59,702 nt of DNA. Origin: a virus. Lineage: Duplodnaviria; Caudoviricetes. Shown piece by piece: positions 16,832 to 25,690 of this stretch. Numbering within the stretch: the first letter of the stretch is position 1; each line of letters starts with the position of its first letter. Location: IMG/VR virus record IMGVR_UViG_3300020398_000001, positions 1-59,702 of that record. One strand, given 5' to 3'. The notes below the pieces were generated by a model. It was not told the origin of the DNA. It saw only the letters and a program-made list of their open reading frames with translations, and ran no database searches. The position numbers and the translations under genes are program-made.

Positions 16832-18571
16832 TCACTGCCATATATCTCTTGCCACACCGCCCAAGTTCTTCTCTGACATTCTTTGATTGTCGGGGTGGAC
16901 GGGAACGCCTACGTGGATACGAAATCTGTCCAGTTCCTCTGTAAACGGATCTCCATACGGTTCCCCTCCAGTCCACCCGTGCATCTTCAGGCTGGGCATA
17001 TCTGGGTCACCAGTACCAAGAAAGCCCCCGATAATTTGATCGAAGCGGGAAACATCATGCCACTCGTCCATGCCTCTCTTCTCTACATCACGGAAAGCGC
17101 CGGGGAACATAGAGTTTGCATCTGTGACGTGGTCATATGATCGCTCCTTCCACCCACCCTTGCCACCGTACTCAGGGCTTAGCGCTGCGGCCGTCTTTAG
17201 ACGATTGTACCAGCCGGGGTCTACATTCTTTAGGTTATGCAGGCTCTCCCCAAACGTGTACTTTTCTATCTGTTTGTCTGTTAGCTCGTCTTGGCCAAGT
17301 GCTTGCTCATACTTTGCGTAGTTTAGATAGACGATAGGCTTGGTATTAGGTCCGGCTCCCGGTGAACTTGGCACGAATTCTCCCCAGCGAAAGTCATCTG
17401 CACCGTCCTTGAAATACTCCCTAGACTGCGCCTCCGAGGCCCGGTGGACACTATCCACCAGCTTTCGTCTTAGAGGGGGGTTAAATTTTTCTTGCTGTGC
17501 ATCGTAAGCAGAAAGTTCGGGTGTCAATTGGGGAGCGTTGGTGTACAACACAGCGTCTAAGCGTTCGTTGATCCAATCACCAAGGTCTTTCTTTACCTCG
17601 GGTCGTCCTCGTTGGGCCAAGTATTTATTAGATTCATCCCACATAACTTGCATTGACCTTCTGAGTGGACTCTTTGCATCTCTTAGGGACTCAACAAAGG
17701 ACTTGTCATAATAATCCGGGTCCGGGTGGATCTTTTTCAAGCCGCCCCATTGCGAAAGATAAGAGGAGGGCATAACAGCGTGTGGGTCTCCGTGCCCACC
17801 GCGGTAGGGCTTCATTGGGTGGGCAAGATAGTCGAAGGCATAAATAGCTCTATGTGCTGCTGTTCGATCTGGCATCCCACCCCATCTAGCTTCTAGCATC
17901 CCCACCCCATCATTCAGCCCCGTCTCTTCGAAAACTTCTCTGAAACCAACATGCTCTCTTTCATGGCGTAGCCATCTAGCTTCGGTAGCCTTCCGCACTT
18001 GGTGCATCCGCGGGGTGTTCCATACATCAACATCCCAGTCGCCCCCATATAAGACAGGCTGGTAAACATAAGTTGCTCCCTCAGGGTGCCTTTCAATTTT
18101 CATTATGTCCAAGAGATCTGAAAACTTATGTGATGGCGCTTCAATTACGTTTCTGTAATCTTCCGGGTAATCTACGTAATCTTCCGGTAAGGAGGACATC
18201 TCTACGTAGCCCTTGTTATCCCTCGGGTCTCCCATAAACGTCGTTCCGCCTGCCGTGTATTTCTCCCATCCTTTGTCTTTTGACGATTCCTTCTTGGCTA
18301 AAGGCATCCTCAACATCTTCGCGAACTTGCGCTCGTAGCCCTCCCTTTTGTCTGCCTCCATTAAAGCCGCTCTCAAATCAAGGGTATGATGTGGGATAGC
18401 ATCCTGACCATAATCCCTGACACCCTGAAAGGCGGCCCCGACACCAACGCGGAGCATCGGGTTGTCTACAGCGGGGTGTAGAAACTGACTGAATAATTCG
18501 TTAGTAGCCAGACTTTCAGCCGAGCGTCGCTTTGGGTCTATCCATTTTTCGTGGGCGAATAACTCTGTCAT
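16832..18571 (-). CDS. Hypothetical protein (579 aa) with HEXXH motif
   Basis: LRHEREHVGF and a degenerate FGESLH. Confidence 0.7.
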   Translation of the reverse strand: MTELFAHEKWIDPKRRSAESLATNELFSQFLHPAVDNPMLRVGVGAAFQGVRDYGQDAIPHHTLDLRAALMEADKREGYERKFAKMLRMPLAKKESSKDKGWEKYTAGGTTFMGDPRDNKGYVEMSSLPEDYVDYPEDYRNVIEAPSHKFSDLLDIMKIERHPEGATYVYQPVLYGGDWDVDVWNTPRMHQVRKATEARWLRHEREHVGFREVFEETGLNDGVGMLEARWGGMPDRTAAHRAIYAFDYLAHPMKPYRGGHGDPHAVMPSSYLSQWGGLKKIHPDPDYYDKSFVESLRDAKSPLRRSMQVMWDESNKYLAQRGRPEVKKDLGDWINERLDAVLYTNAPQLTPELSAYDAQQEKFNPPLRRKLVDSVHRASEAQSREYFKDGADDFRWGEFVPSSPGAGPNTKPIVYLNYAKYEQALGQDELTDKQIEKYTFGESLHNLKNVDPGWYNRLKTAAALSPEYGGKGGWKERSYDHVTDANSMFPGAFRDVEKRGMDEWHDVSRFDQIIGGFLGTGDPDMPSLKMHGWTGGEPYGDPFTEELDRFRIHVGVPVHPDNQRMSEKNLGGVARDIWQ

Positions 18572-18578
18572 TTGGGCG

Positions 18579-18776
18579 CTATCTTTTTCCCCGCAGCGGG
18601 CGGAATCTCTGGCCTAGACGAAACCGTGTCATTTGTGCGCCGAATGATGGAGGCGGAGACAGATGCTCTGCCATGCGGTAGGGATTAGGTGACTCCTGCT
18701 GTCGGCGAGGCTCTCTGCCGGTGGAGCCAGCGCCGAAAAGTACGCCACGGGTTCCTTGGATTTTTCTGATTGCCAT
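18579..18776 (-). CDS. Small basic protein
   Basis: SD AAGGA; 65 aa, Arg-rich. Confidence 0.6.
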   Translation of the reverse strand: MAIRKIQGTRGVLFGAGSTGREPRRQQESPNPYRMAEHLSPPPSFGAQMTRFRLGQRFRPLRGKR

Positions 18777-18797
18777 TGTTAATTCCTTTTTTTGATG

Positions 18798-18843
18798 GGA
18801 CTAGATGTAGTATTTGAGAGACTCAAACCACAACATATGGATA
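18798..18843. promoter_or_regulatory. Tandem NrdR-box-like sites
   Basis: ggaCTAGATGTAGtat and ccaCAACATATGGata, 30 bp apart, intergenic. Confidence 0.45.
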
Positions 18844-18848
18844 CCAAT

Positions 18849-19277
18849 TTAGTCTGGTTTTAGTCTACCTATCTCCTCGTACGTCTTGCCGAATAATTCC
18901 TCAAGGTCTTCAGGGTCCATGATAAAAGCAACGAACCCGTTGAGCTTAACAACACAGCGCAATTTGACCAGAGGTTTGCCATTCAGGTGATTTTGAAACA
19001 GCCGGGTTGCTGTCAAAGCGTAGTCTTCATGGGCGTCTGCACTAAAGATTCTGATCCCGGTGATTTCCGATTCTTCCAGTCCCTTTGCTTTTAAGAACGT
19101 GCGTACTTCGTCTTCAGTGAAATCTTTATAGTCGCTGCCCCATCTATAACTCCAATAGCCAGTGAGATTTTCCAGTTCTAGGTACGGTGATCCGCAAGGA
19201 CCGGGAGGACCGTTGGCGGCAGAGCCAATAAAAAGTAATCCAGAGACAAGTGCGGCCGGTAGGAACGTAGTCATCAT
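18849..19277 (-). CDS. Hypothetical exported protein
   Basis: Signal-peptide-like N-terminus ending in AANG. Confidence 0.7.
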   Translation of the reverse strand: MMTTFLPAALVSGLLFIGSAANGPPGPCGSPYLELENLTGYWSYRWGSDYKDFTEDEVRTFLKAKGLEESEITGIRIFSADAHEDYALTATRLFQNHLNGKPLVKLRCVVKLNGFVAFIMDPEDLEELFGKTYEEIGRLKPD

Positions 19278-19603
19278 CTGGTTATCCTATCTATTCTAGC
19301 GGAGCTTAGTATTCTCCTTTTTGGAACTGGTGTAGACGTCTTGGTTGCAACGTAATTCCAAACAGATCCCCAGATTCCCCTGACATCACTATTTCTTTGA
19401 GTCAGTGTAACGAAGCCGCTGTCGCTTGCGTTTAGAGCAATGTTCCCGATTTCATTGATAACTTTAGACTTGGTTGATTTCCCTGCTCTGTCGGCGCCCA
19501 GATTACCAACATGGTAGACGCATGGCGACGTGGCCCTTGGGTCACGGAGCCATGTAGAGAATTCAGCGTGGGTTGTGACGCGGATATTGTCCTCAATGGA
19601 CAT
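19274..19603 (-). CDS. Hypothetical phage protein
   Basis: YHVGNLGADR...GFVTLTQR...NYVA; overlap-coupled. Confidence 0.7.
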   Translation of the reverse strand: MSIEDNIRVTTHAEFSTWLRDPRATSPCVYHVGNLGADRAGKSTKSKVINEIGNIALNASDSGFVTLTQRNSDVRGIWGSVWNYVATKTSTPVPKRRILSSARIDRITR

Positions 19604-19904
19604 AGGATGACTCCTTGCCGTAGCTTTTGTCTTCTATGTAGTCTTGGCCGTTAGCCATAATACATACCAACCCGTCTGCATTTGATCTAAGGATAGTCCA
19701 GCTGCCGCTTACCTTATTTAAATAGACTTCGAAAATCTGTGTCGTATTTCTCACTAATACTAGGTATCTAACCTCTTGCTGCTGCTTGGTAATTTGATTA
19801 ACAAAGCTATCTCTGTCTCTAGTACACGGGTTTTGCTGAGCTAATGCCCAGTCCGCAGCAAAAAATGCCATCAAAAACAGCGTTATTAATAAGAACAGTT
19901 TCAT
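19593..19904 (-). CDS. Hypothetical exported protein
   Basis: Signal peptide ...ALA/QQ; C...GSWTIL...CIMANG. Confidence 0.75.
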   Translation of the reverse strand: MKLFLLITLFLMAFFAADWALAQQNPCTRDRDSFVNQITKQQQEVRYLVLVRNTTQIFEVYLNKVSGSWTILRSNADGLVCIMANGQDYIEDKSYGKESSYVH

Positions 19905-19910
19905 TCTTAT

Positions 19911-19941
19911 ATTCTGCTTCAGGATCTAGGCTTCGTCGTCC
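19911..19941 (-). promoter_or_regulatory. Putative late promoter GGACGAC-N18-CAGAAT, leaderless
   Basis: -10 exactly 6 nt before ATG 19904. Confidence 0.65.
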
Positions 19942-20389
19942 TCGTAATCCTTCGGCACCATTCAATTAATTCCTCGTCTTTCATCTTCCCCTTCATCGCA
20001 TTTGCTATCAGGCAGACTAGACGTATGTTGTCTTTAGTGTACGGACGGTCGTTGCTTATGCGGTCAATAGAGATATTGGTCCCGACACGTCCCTCTCCCC
20101 AGACCGCAGTCATCTTTATGCCGGAGAGGGCGCAAGTCCAATCTTGGTCGTCTAGTAATTTGAGGAGGAATTCAACGTCTATGTCCGGGGCAATCGCCGC
20201 TCTTTCTTTTATTAGGCTTAGATTTTTGCTGAGCTTGGTTCTGATCCCAGAGTATTTTATGCGCCGACATTTAATACATGTATGACTAGATGATATTTTC
20301 CCTTTTCCTTGCCATACTTTAAATTTGCTGAGTGGCTTCCACTTGTTACAGTGATTGCATAACCGGGGCAGGCCCTCATTCTTCGTCAA
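19919..20389 (-). CDS. HNH-like (His-Me finger) endonuclease
   Basis: N-terminal Zn finger; CALSG...SIDRISNDRPYTKDNIRLVC...NAMK. Confidence 0.75.
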   Translation of the reverse strand: MTKNEGLPRLCNHCNKWKPLSKFKVWQGKGKISSSHTCIKCRRIKYSGIRTKLSKNLSLIKERAAIAPDIDVEFLLKLLDDQDWTCALSGIKMTAVWGEGRVGTNISIDRISNDRPYTKDNIRLVCLIANAMKGKMKDEELIEWCRRITRTTKPRS

Positions 20390-20687
20390 AACCTATACAC
20401 TCATCTTTAAATCTGTCTTTGAGTATCTCAAGTCCAGCTAGAGTAAGGTGTACATCATCAAGACAGGTTCCCGTATAGATGGAACTGGTTGATTGTCCGT
20501 CATCATTTATTGTCATTGCCGCGAATCCAACTATTCTTCCAGAAAGAATCTCCGCTGCTAGAAAGGCGACTGATTTCAGCATCGAATCTTTTGCAAACTG
20601 GCTCTCGTCTTGACCTTTGATCTCGACGATTTCAGACGGGAATCTTTTCTCTGCGTTATCAACAATGACGCTAACTGTCTTCGTCAT
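20376..20687 (-). CDS. Hypothetical protein
   Basis: SD GGAG; coupled. Confidence 0.7.
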   Translation of the reverse strand: MTKTVSVIVDNAEKRFPSEIVEIKGQDESQFAKDSMLKSVAFLAAEILSGRIVGFAAMTINDDGQSTSSIYTGTCLDDVHLTLAGLEILKDRFKDECIGFDEE

Positions 20688-21063
20688 CTGCCTCTCCTTT
20701 TATTCCTATTGAACGTAAATAGACCACATATAGACGTATTAGGTCGTCCAGTCTGAGCAAACACAGCGAGTCCCCCGTAGTCTGTCGGTTTTTACGGTTG
20801 ATTACTACAGTGATATCCTCATCTGCCCCACTTCTATGATGGTTGCGCTCAGCTTGGGCTAGAGCATCATGGAAATTTAGACGTTCCACTCTCTTTGCTT
20901 CTACGAATAGTTCAGGCAGCCCGGTTATGTCTGCTGTAGGAGCCAAGTCTCGTCTACCACCCCCCGAAAGGGGGGTGCGATAACAGTTGGTTCCGCACTG
21001 CTGGTTGAAGTAGTAAGCAAGCTCACGTTCGAAGCTGTCACCCTTTCTTTTAGGGCTATTCAT
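20671..21063 (-). CDS. Holliday junction resolvase-like PD-(D/E)XK nuclease
   Basis: KRKGDSFERE...RTPLSGG...ADI...VEAKRVE...AQA. Confidence 0.8.
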   Translation of the reverse strand: MNSPKRKGDSFERELAYYFNQQCGTNCYRTPLSGGGRRDLAPTADITGLPELFVEAKRVERLNFHDALAQAERNHHRSGADEDITVVINRKNRQTTGDSLCLLRLDDLIRLYVVYLRSIGIKGEADDEDS

Positions 21064-21355
21064 CCTCTTCGTACCCGAGAGTCTTGCGACACTGGACGCA
21101 ATGAAAGCGCCACTTTGGTCTGGGCGTCTTGTCGCCGCAGATAAGGCAAGGGCGTTCCCATGTTTTTATATCATGGCCCCTTGGTAGCTGGTATTTAGCC
21201 CCTTCAAATTCCTGAAGTCCTTCCCTCACAAGAATTCTCTTTAGAGTATCAACATTAATTTTTAAATACCGGGCCTGCTCAGCATAAGATTTACGCTTAT
21301 GATTTTTATAAAGCCAAGCCATTTTCCCAGCCGAAATCACAACTGGTCTAGGCAT
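21056..21355 (-). CDS. HTH + Zn-ribbon protein (GcrA-like architecture), candidate transcription activator
   Basis: SYAEQARYLKINVDTLKRILVREGL HTH; C-terminal RPCLICG...HCVQCR. Confidence 0.65.
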   Translation of the reverse strand: MPRPVVISAGKMAWLYKNHKRKSYAEQARYLKINVDTLKRILVREGLQEFEGAKYQLPRGHDIKTWERPCLICGDKTPRPKWRFHCVQCRKTLGYEEDE

Positions 21356-21451
21356 GTACGATCCGCGCGTTAAAGGTTAAGTAAAATTAGACAAAAGAAT
21401 GAATAGACGCAATGACTTAGTAGACAGGAAGTTGACTTTTTGCTGAAAATA

Positions 21452-21537
21452 TGGCAAAACGCTTGCGTTTGAGCGATTGCGTAAGCACGCTCACCAGCGC
21501 CCGCGGGAGCGGCGCTGGCGCTATTAGCGTTTTGCCA
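21452..21537 (+). ncRNA. Putative structured element (three-way junction)
   Basis: Perfect 12-bp closing stem plus two hairpins capped by GTAA and GGGA (GNRA) loops. Confidence 0.45.
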
Positions 21538-21552
21538 CACAATATATCGACT
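21537..21552. promoter_or_regulatory. NrdR-box-like site acaCAATATATCGact
   Basis: Close to consensus acaCwAtATaTwGtgt; 5 nt before ATG 21558. Confidence 0.4.
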
Positions 21553-21557
21553 AGATC

Positions 21558-21692
21558 ATGTCAAAACGAAAGTACCTAGCAGCGCTGAATCGTTCCAGAT
21601 TTCCAGAAGTAGCTAAGTTTGTAGACGAGATTAGAAAGATTTGGCCCGGAGCTAAAATAAAATATATAGGGCCAAGACGCCGTAAAAACTGA
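21558..21692 (+). CDS. Small protein (44 aa, MSKRKYLAALNRSRFPEVAKFVDEIRKIWPGAKIKY...)
   Basis: Open frame not in the ORF track; protein-like composition. Confidence 0.55.
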   Translation: MSKRKYLAALNRSRFPEVAKFVDEIRKIWPGAKIKYIGPRRRKN

Positions 21693-21796
21693 TACAGTCA
21701 CGACAGGAACGATAGATACAAAGGACACATTTCATGGAAAGAGAGACTGGTTCTGGGATAATAAGAGATACTGGCGCTGGATTAGGTGGCAACGAA

Positions 21797-22087
21797 ATGC
21801 CACTAAAGCCCATTAAAATAAAGGTTAAATCAGGTGATACCCTTACTGGGATTGCCAAGACACACGGGATCTCCCTAGACGCCCTCTTGCGAACCAATCC
21901 CGACATAGTAAATCCAAACGAAATTTGGGTGGGCCAGAAGGTTACCATCCCAATTGATAGACAGGCTCAAGGTGGAGTCTATGATGGATGGGATCTACCT
22001 AATCAAATAACAGGTATGTCATTAGCGGATCATATCCTCGGGGGTGGCCCGAATAAAACTGGATCAAACCCTTATTCGAGAGAGTAA
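21797..22087 (+). CDS. LysM-domain protein
   Basis: VKSGDTLTGIAKTHGISLDALLRTNPDIVNPNEIWVGQKVTIP; start 21797 or 21734. Confidence 0.85.
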   Translation: MPLKPIKIKVKSGDTLTGIAKTHGISLDALLRTNPDIVNPNEIWVGQKVTIPIDRQAQGGVYDGWDLPNQITGMSLADHILGGGPNKTGSNPYSRE

Positions 22088-22363
22088 ATGCTAACTTTTA
22101 TCGGCGATGTACAGGTTATGTTTCTAATGGTTTTTTCTATTTGCCAAGACCCCGCTGGATGTAACGGTGATCAATACATCCGCATTATATCAGAGCCATT
22201 TCCTGTAAATTTGACACTCAACGCAAACAAAAGGTGGGAACTGGATTATTCGTGTGATGAGGCGAGAGAGCGAACAAGGATGACACTGCCCTCAGAACTC
22301 AGTGAGTTGCCATTCTCAACGCTGTGTGTTCGCCAAGATATCTGGAACGCCAACAAGGACTAG
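22088..22363 (+). CDS. Hypothetical exported/membrane protein
   Basis: Hydrophobic N-terminus, four Cys. Confidence 0.55.
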   Translation: MLTFIGDVQVMFLMVFSICQDPAGCNGDQYIRIISEPFPVNLTLNANKRWELDYSCDEARERTRMTLPSELSELPFSTLCVRQDIWNANKD

Positions 22364-24243
22364 GATAGCCAATCCTTTATTACCCGTATCGGCCGACCTA
22401 ATGCCTTCGCTATATCTTCCTCGCCCGTAGATTCAAGTGCCATGTCTTTAGCTTTTTGCTTGGTGCTGCGAGAGGCGACGATTATTCTTTCATCTTCGAT
22501 ATTATTTTCTGCGAAACCTATCCATTGGATACGATCATGTAGGTCAGTCCACTCACGCACTTTTCCATAGCGAACTTCAAGGACCATATACAAACGCCAA
22601 TCAGGTGGTACTCTTGAACTTAGTTTTGGCCATACGGGAGATGGGTAATCCCCATCCCACAAGGCGGCATTACTTTTTGCTGTATCCTTATCCTCATACA
22701 CCTGTGTAATTCTGATCTGAGTTTCCACAACTGTAAGTTGGTTGGTGCTGCCAGCTTCACGCCCAAGCCCATTTTCTCCTGACGGCTTGTTGCTGTGGTG
22801 AATTAAGATGACTGCTATCCCGGCATTTCGTAGACGCACAGCAAGACTGTTCACTAGACTCCATTGCTCTGCTGAATTTTCTTGAAGTCCCGGCCATGCT
22901 GTCCTGATGGTATCAATGACCACTACATCTGGGCTAGAAAATTCTATCCACAGTTGTAACTCAGCTACACCTTCCTTCGTGTGAAAGTTCATTTCCACTT
23001 CATCAATGAAAGGTGTCCATACCATAAGCCTGTCCATAGTATCGCCATGAACTTGCCTCATTTCCGCCAATCTTCTGGCGATTGTGCTGCGCCCCATTTC
23101 AAAATCTAAGTAGAGTATTTTAGCTGGCCCATTACATTCAAACGGCCCCATATATCTGCGACCAGAAGCAAGCGCAGCCATGCTGTGTTGGACAAACATG
23201 GTTTTCCCGTGGCCAGAGTAGCCATGTATCTGCGTGATGCTTCCTGTCTGGAGCCAAGGCTCTATCAGATAGTGCGTAGACGAGGCTGCTGCCTCTAACT
23301 CCTTGATATCATTCATGGTTATAAGGCGTCTAGTCCGTGCGCTAGATTTGATATCTGTTCTATCCGGGTGCCGGAAAATATATTCGCCTCTTTCATCAAA
23401 CCTTTCAGGATGGTTACGCCTCTCTGACTGCTCCATACTAGCTACAGTGGAGGTGAATTCTGATTCTTGGAGTGGGTCTACGAAAAATTCGTCCATGAAG
23501 GCGTTGCACTTAACCCTTAGTTCTGCGCCAAAATAGCCGTCTAACAGGCACTCAGATGCGTACTTCATAACCCGTTCATTGCGACCATTGCCCTCGCCAG
23601 TGGGGATTTTCCCGTCTTTGAAATGCTCAGATGCAAATTTAGACGTACGGTCCCACTCACTAATAAACTCACTAAGAGGGCGGACATCACTCAAATCAAG
23701 GTCGCCGAACTCAAATTCTCCAGAAGAAACTGGTTGCAGTTCTGGCGTCCAATCTTTCCACAGCGGCGCGTCTTCTAAGTAATGCGCTGGGACTATCTCC
23801 CATGTGTAATTTGTAGATGGTGGCACCAGCGCATAAGACCCATCGCCACGAAAATCTAGTCCATTGATGCGCGGCCAATTGTCTCCGCGCGAATTAATGC
23901 CAGCCTTGGGGCCACGACGTATGCCGTCACGGGGATGTTTGAAGTAAAGGTGCCACCCCCTGCGGGTCTTAACCCGCACGGGACTTCTCATGTTGGCGTC
24001 GAAAGCGGCGTGAAGTGCCTCTTCATTATCACAATCGACTACAACAAGACCTGATAAATGCCCAGTAAGTAGGGCTATCTCATCATCTGGGAACGTATCC
24101 CACCAAGAACTAACTTCTTCCTCAGTAGGTAAGCGGTCTTGAAATTCTCGCCATCGTATTCTGGGCCGCTTTGTATCAGGTCTTATTGGTATGATTGACC
24201 AGCCACGGTCAAGAAGTTCCAGCGCCTCGTCTGTTTTTTTCAT
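22360..24243 (-). CDS. Bifunctional primase-polymerase (Prim-Pol) fused to RecA-like/AAA_25 helicase
   Basis: GWSIIP...VVVDCD...GWHLYF...DFRGDGSY; GRN (PriCT); Walker A GYSGHGKT; YLDFEM; VVVIDT; IHHSNK. Confidence 0.9.
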   Translation of the reverse strand: MKKTDEALELLDRGWSIIPIRPDTKRPRIRWREFQDRLPTEEEVSSWWDTFPDDEIALLTGHLSGLVVVDCDNEEALHAAFDANMRSPVRVKTRRGWHLYFKHPRDGIRRGPKAGINSRGDNWPRINGLDFRGDGSYALVPPSTNYTWEIVPAHYLEDAPLWKDWTPELQPVSSGEFEFGDLDLSDVRPLSEFISEWDRTSKFASEHFKDGKIPTGEGNGRNERVMKYASECLLDGYFGAELRVKCNAFMDEFFVDPLQESEFTSTVASMEQSERRNHPERFDERGEYIFRHPDRTDIKSSARTRRLITMNDIKELEAAASSTHYLIEPWLQTGSITQIHGYSGHGKTMFVQHSMAALASGRRYMGPFECNGPAKILYLDFEMGRSTIARRLAEMRQVHGDTMDRLMVWTPFIDEVEMNFHTKEGVAELQLWIEFSSPDVVVIDTIRTAWPGLQENSAEQWSLVNSLAVRLRNAGIAVILIHHSNKPSGENGLGREAGSTNQLTVVETQIRITQVYEDKDTAKSNAALWDGDYPSPVWPKLSSRVPPDWRLYMVLEVRYGKVREWTDLHDRIQWIGFAENNIEDERIIVASRSTKQKAKDMALESTGEEDIAKALGRPIRVIKDWLS

Positions 24244-24424
24244 TTTCAAAATATGAATCAAGTTTCATTTGTGGGTTGTGGTTTTTGAGGGCCTCAAAGA
24301 CCCTAGAGCTAATATAGTGCCGCCTAATCCAGCCATAAGGTGCTGTTCTGGGGGTGCCGACTATGTCGGCCACGGCACTCGCGCCACCAAAGTCATCGAC
24401 AATTTTTTGTATGTTTAATTTCAC
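24209..24424 (-). CDS. Cro-like HTH regulator
   Basis: GTG start at 24424; IVDDFGGASAVADIVGTPRTAPYGW; first gene of a divergent operon. Confidence 0.7.
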   Translation of the reverse strand: MKLNIQKIVDDFGGASAVADIVGTPRTAPYGWIRRHYISSRVFEALKNHNPQMKLDSYFENEKNRRGAGTS

Positions 24425-24445
24425 TGAACCCCCCTGAGATAAGGC

Positions 24446-24490
24446 TTGAAAGCACTGGGGGTGTATAGTAGAAATAACACATTCTTGCAA
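24446..24490. promoter_or_regulatory. Overlapping oppositely directed sigma70-like promoters
   Basis: + strand TTGAAA-N17-TAGAAA; - strand TTGCAA-N17-TATACA. Confidence 0.55.
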
Positions 24491-24526
24491 GACCCATTCA
24501 TTGGCTGGGTGCAAATAGGAGAAGTA

Positions 24527-24901
24527 ATGACGCTACTTAGCATTGCTAAGACTGCCGAAGAATTTATTGCAGTCGAATCACAAATCGAAGAACTCCAAAC
24601 AAAACGCGCCACGTTAGTAGATGAACTAAGCAGAATGGCGCCAGAAATTGAAGGTGAACATACCTTTGACGCTGGCGATTACACTATCATTGTGCGACGA
24701 AGTGAACGGTGGAACTGGAGCCAAGAAACCCTGCGAGATATTTTTTCACAGGGAACCGGGATGCCAGTTTTCGCGAAGGAATCAATCAGCATTGATAAAC
24801 GCGCGTTCAAGAAATTATCTGATAAAGAAAAGAGAGTGTTTCACGATGCCCTCACTCGCACTCTGATGACGCCTACAGTCAAAGTGGAGAAGGTTGAATG
24901 A
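24527..24901 (+). CDS. Hypothetical protein of the recombination module
   Basis: SD AGGAG; coiled-coil N-terminus; precedes the Sak4-like gene. Confidence 0.75.
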   Translation: MTLLSIAKTAEEFIAVESQIEELQTKRATLVDELSRMAPEIEGEHTFDAGDYTIIVRRSERWNWSQETLRDIFSQGTGMPVFAKESISIDKRAFKKLSDKEKRVFHDALTRTLMTPTVKVEKVE

Positions 24902-25689
24902 AGAAATTAAAGATGATGTCTACAGCTAACTTAAAAAAATCACCTGTAAAAACATTACTCTACGCCCACCACGGGTTTGGAAAGACATGGCAGTGCCGTA
25001 ATTTTCAAGAAAGGTATGGCAAAGGGTTTGTGATATCAGGCGAAGCTGGTTTGAAGTCTATAGGAGATATTGATATAGACTATCTTCCGTTTATTTCATG
25101 GAACGGGCCTGTTGATGAAGACAACAATGTGTATTCATTTCGGTCTATTGTTAAATTGATGCAGACTGCTGAGTTTAAAGCAATGGGGTACAAGTGGATA
25201 TGTATCGACAGCTTAACCGAACTTGGCGAAAGACTTATGGAATTTTTGGAAAAAGAGCATGAAGGAAACAAGAATACGTTTGCTTTGTGGGCTGATTATG
25301 GACGATTGATGACCGGATCTCTTAAGTGGGTTCGGGATCTTCCGTACCACGTCTACATTACCTGTCTGGCCAAGGAAGAAAAAGACGCCAACGACGTCAC
25401 TCAGTATTGGCCAATGGTAGCAGGGCAGGCTGTAGGCAAGAAGATACCGGCTCTCTTTGACCATGTATTATGCGGGGTCAGGTCAACTGATGTCGATGAT
25501 ACTGGCAAGCCGAAAGTTAAAAGGTATATTGTTACTGATGAAGTACATGGATGGCACGGTAAAACACGCGATCCTAGACACCGTCTCGATCCATTCGAAG
25601 AGTGTTACGACATAACAGAACTTTTCGTACGCATGGAAATGGACGACGATGAATATTCCGCTATGACCAAAACGAAAAAGGAAAATTAA
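24898..25689 (+). CDS. AAA_24/Sak4-like ATPase (recombinase)
   Basis: LLYAHHGFGKT, EAGL, ICIDSLTE, GKTRD. Confidence 0.85.
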   Translation: MKKLKMMSTANLKKSPVKTLLYAHHGFGKTWQCRNFQERYGKGFVISGEAGLKSIGDIDIDYLPFISWNGPVDEDNNVYSFRSIVKLMQTAEFKAMGYKWICIDSLTELGERLMEFLEKEHEGNKNTFALWADYGRLMTGSLKWVRDLPYHVYITCLAKEEKDANDVTQYWPMVAGQAVGKKIPALFDHVLCGVRSTDVDDTGKPKVKRYIVTDEVHGWHGKTRDPRHRLDPFEECYDITELFVRMEMDDDEYSAMTKTKKEN

Positions 25690-25690
25690 A

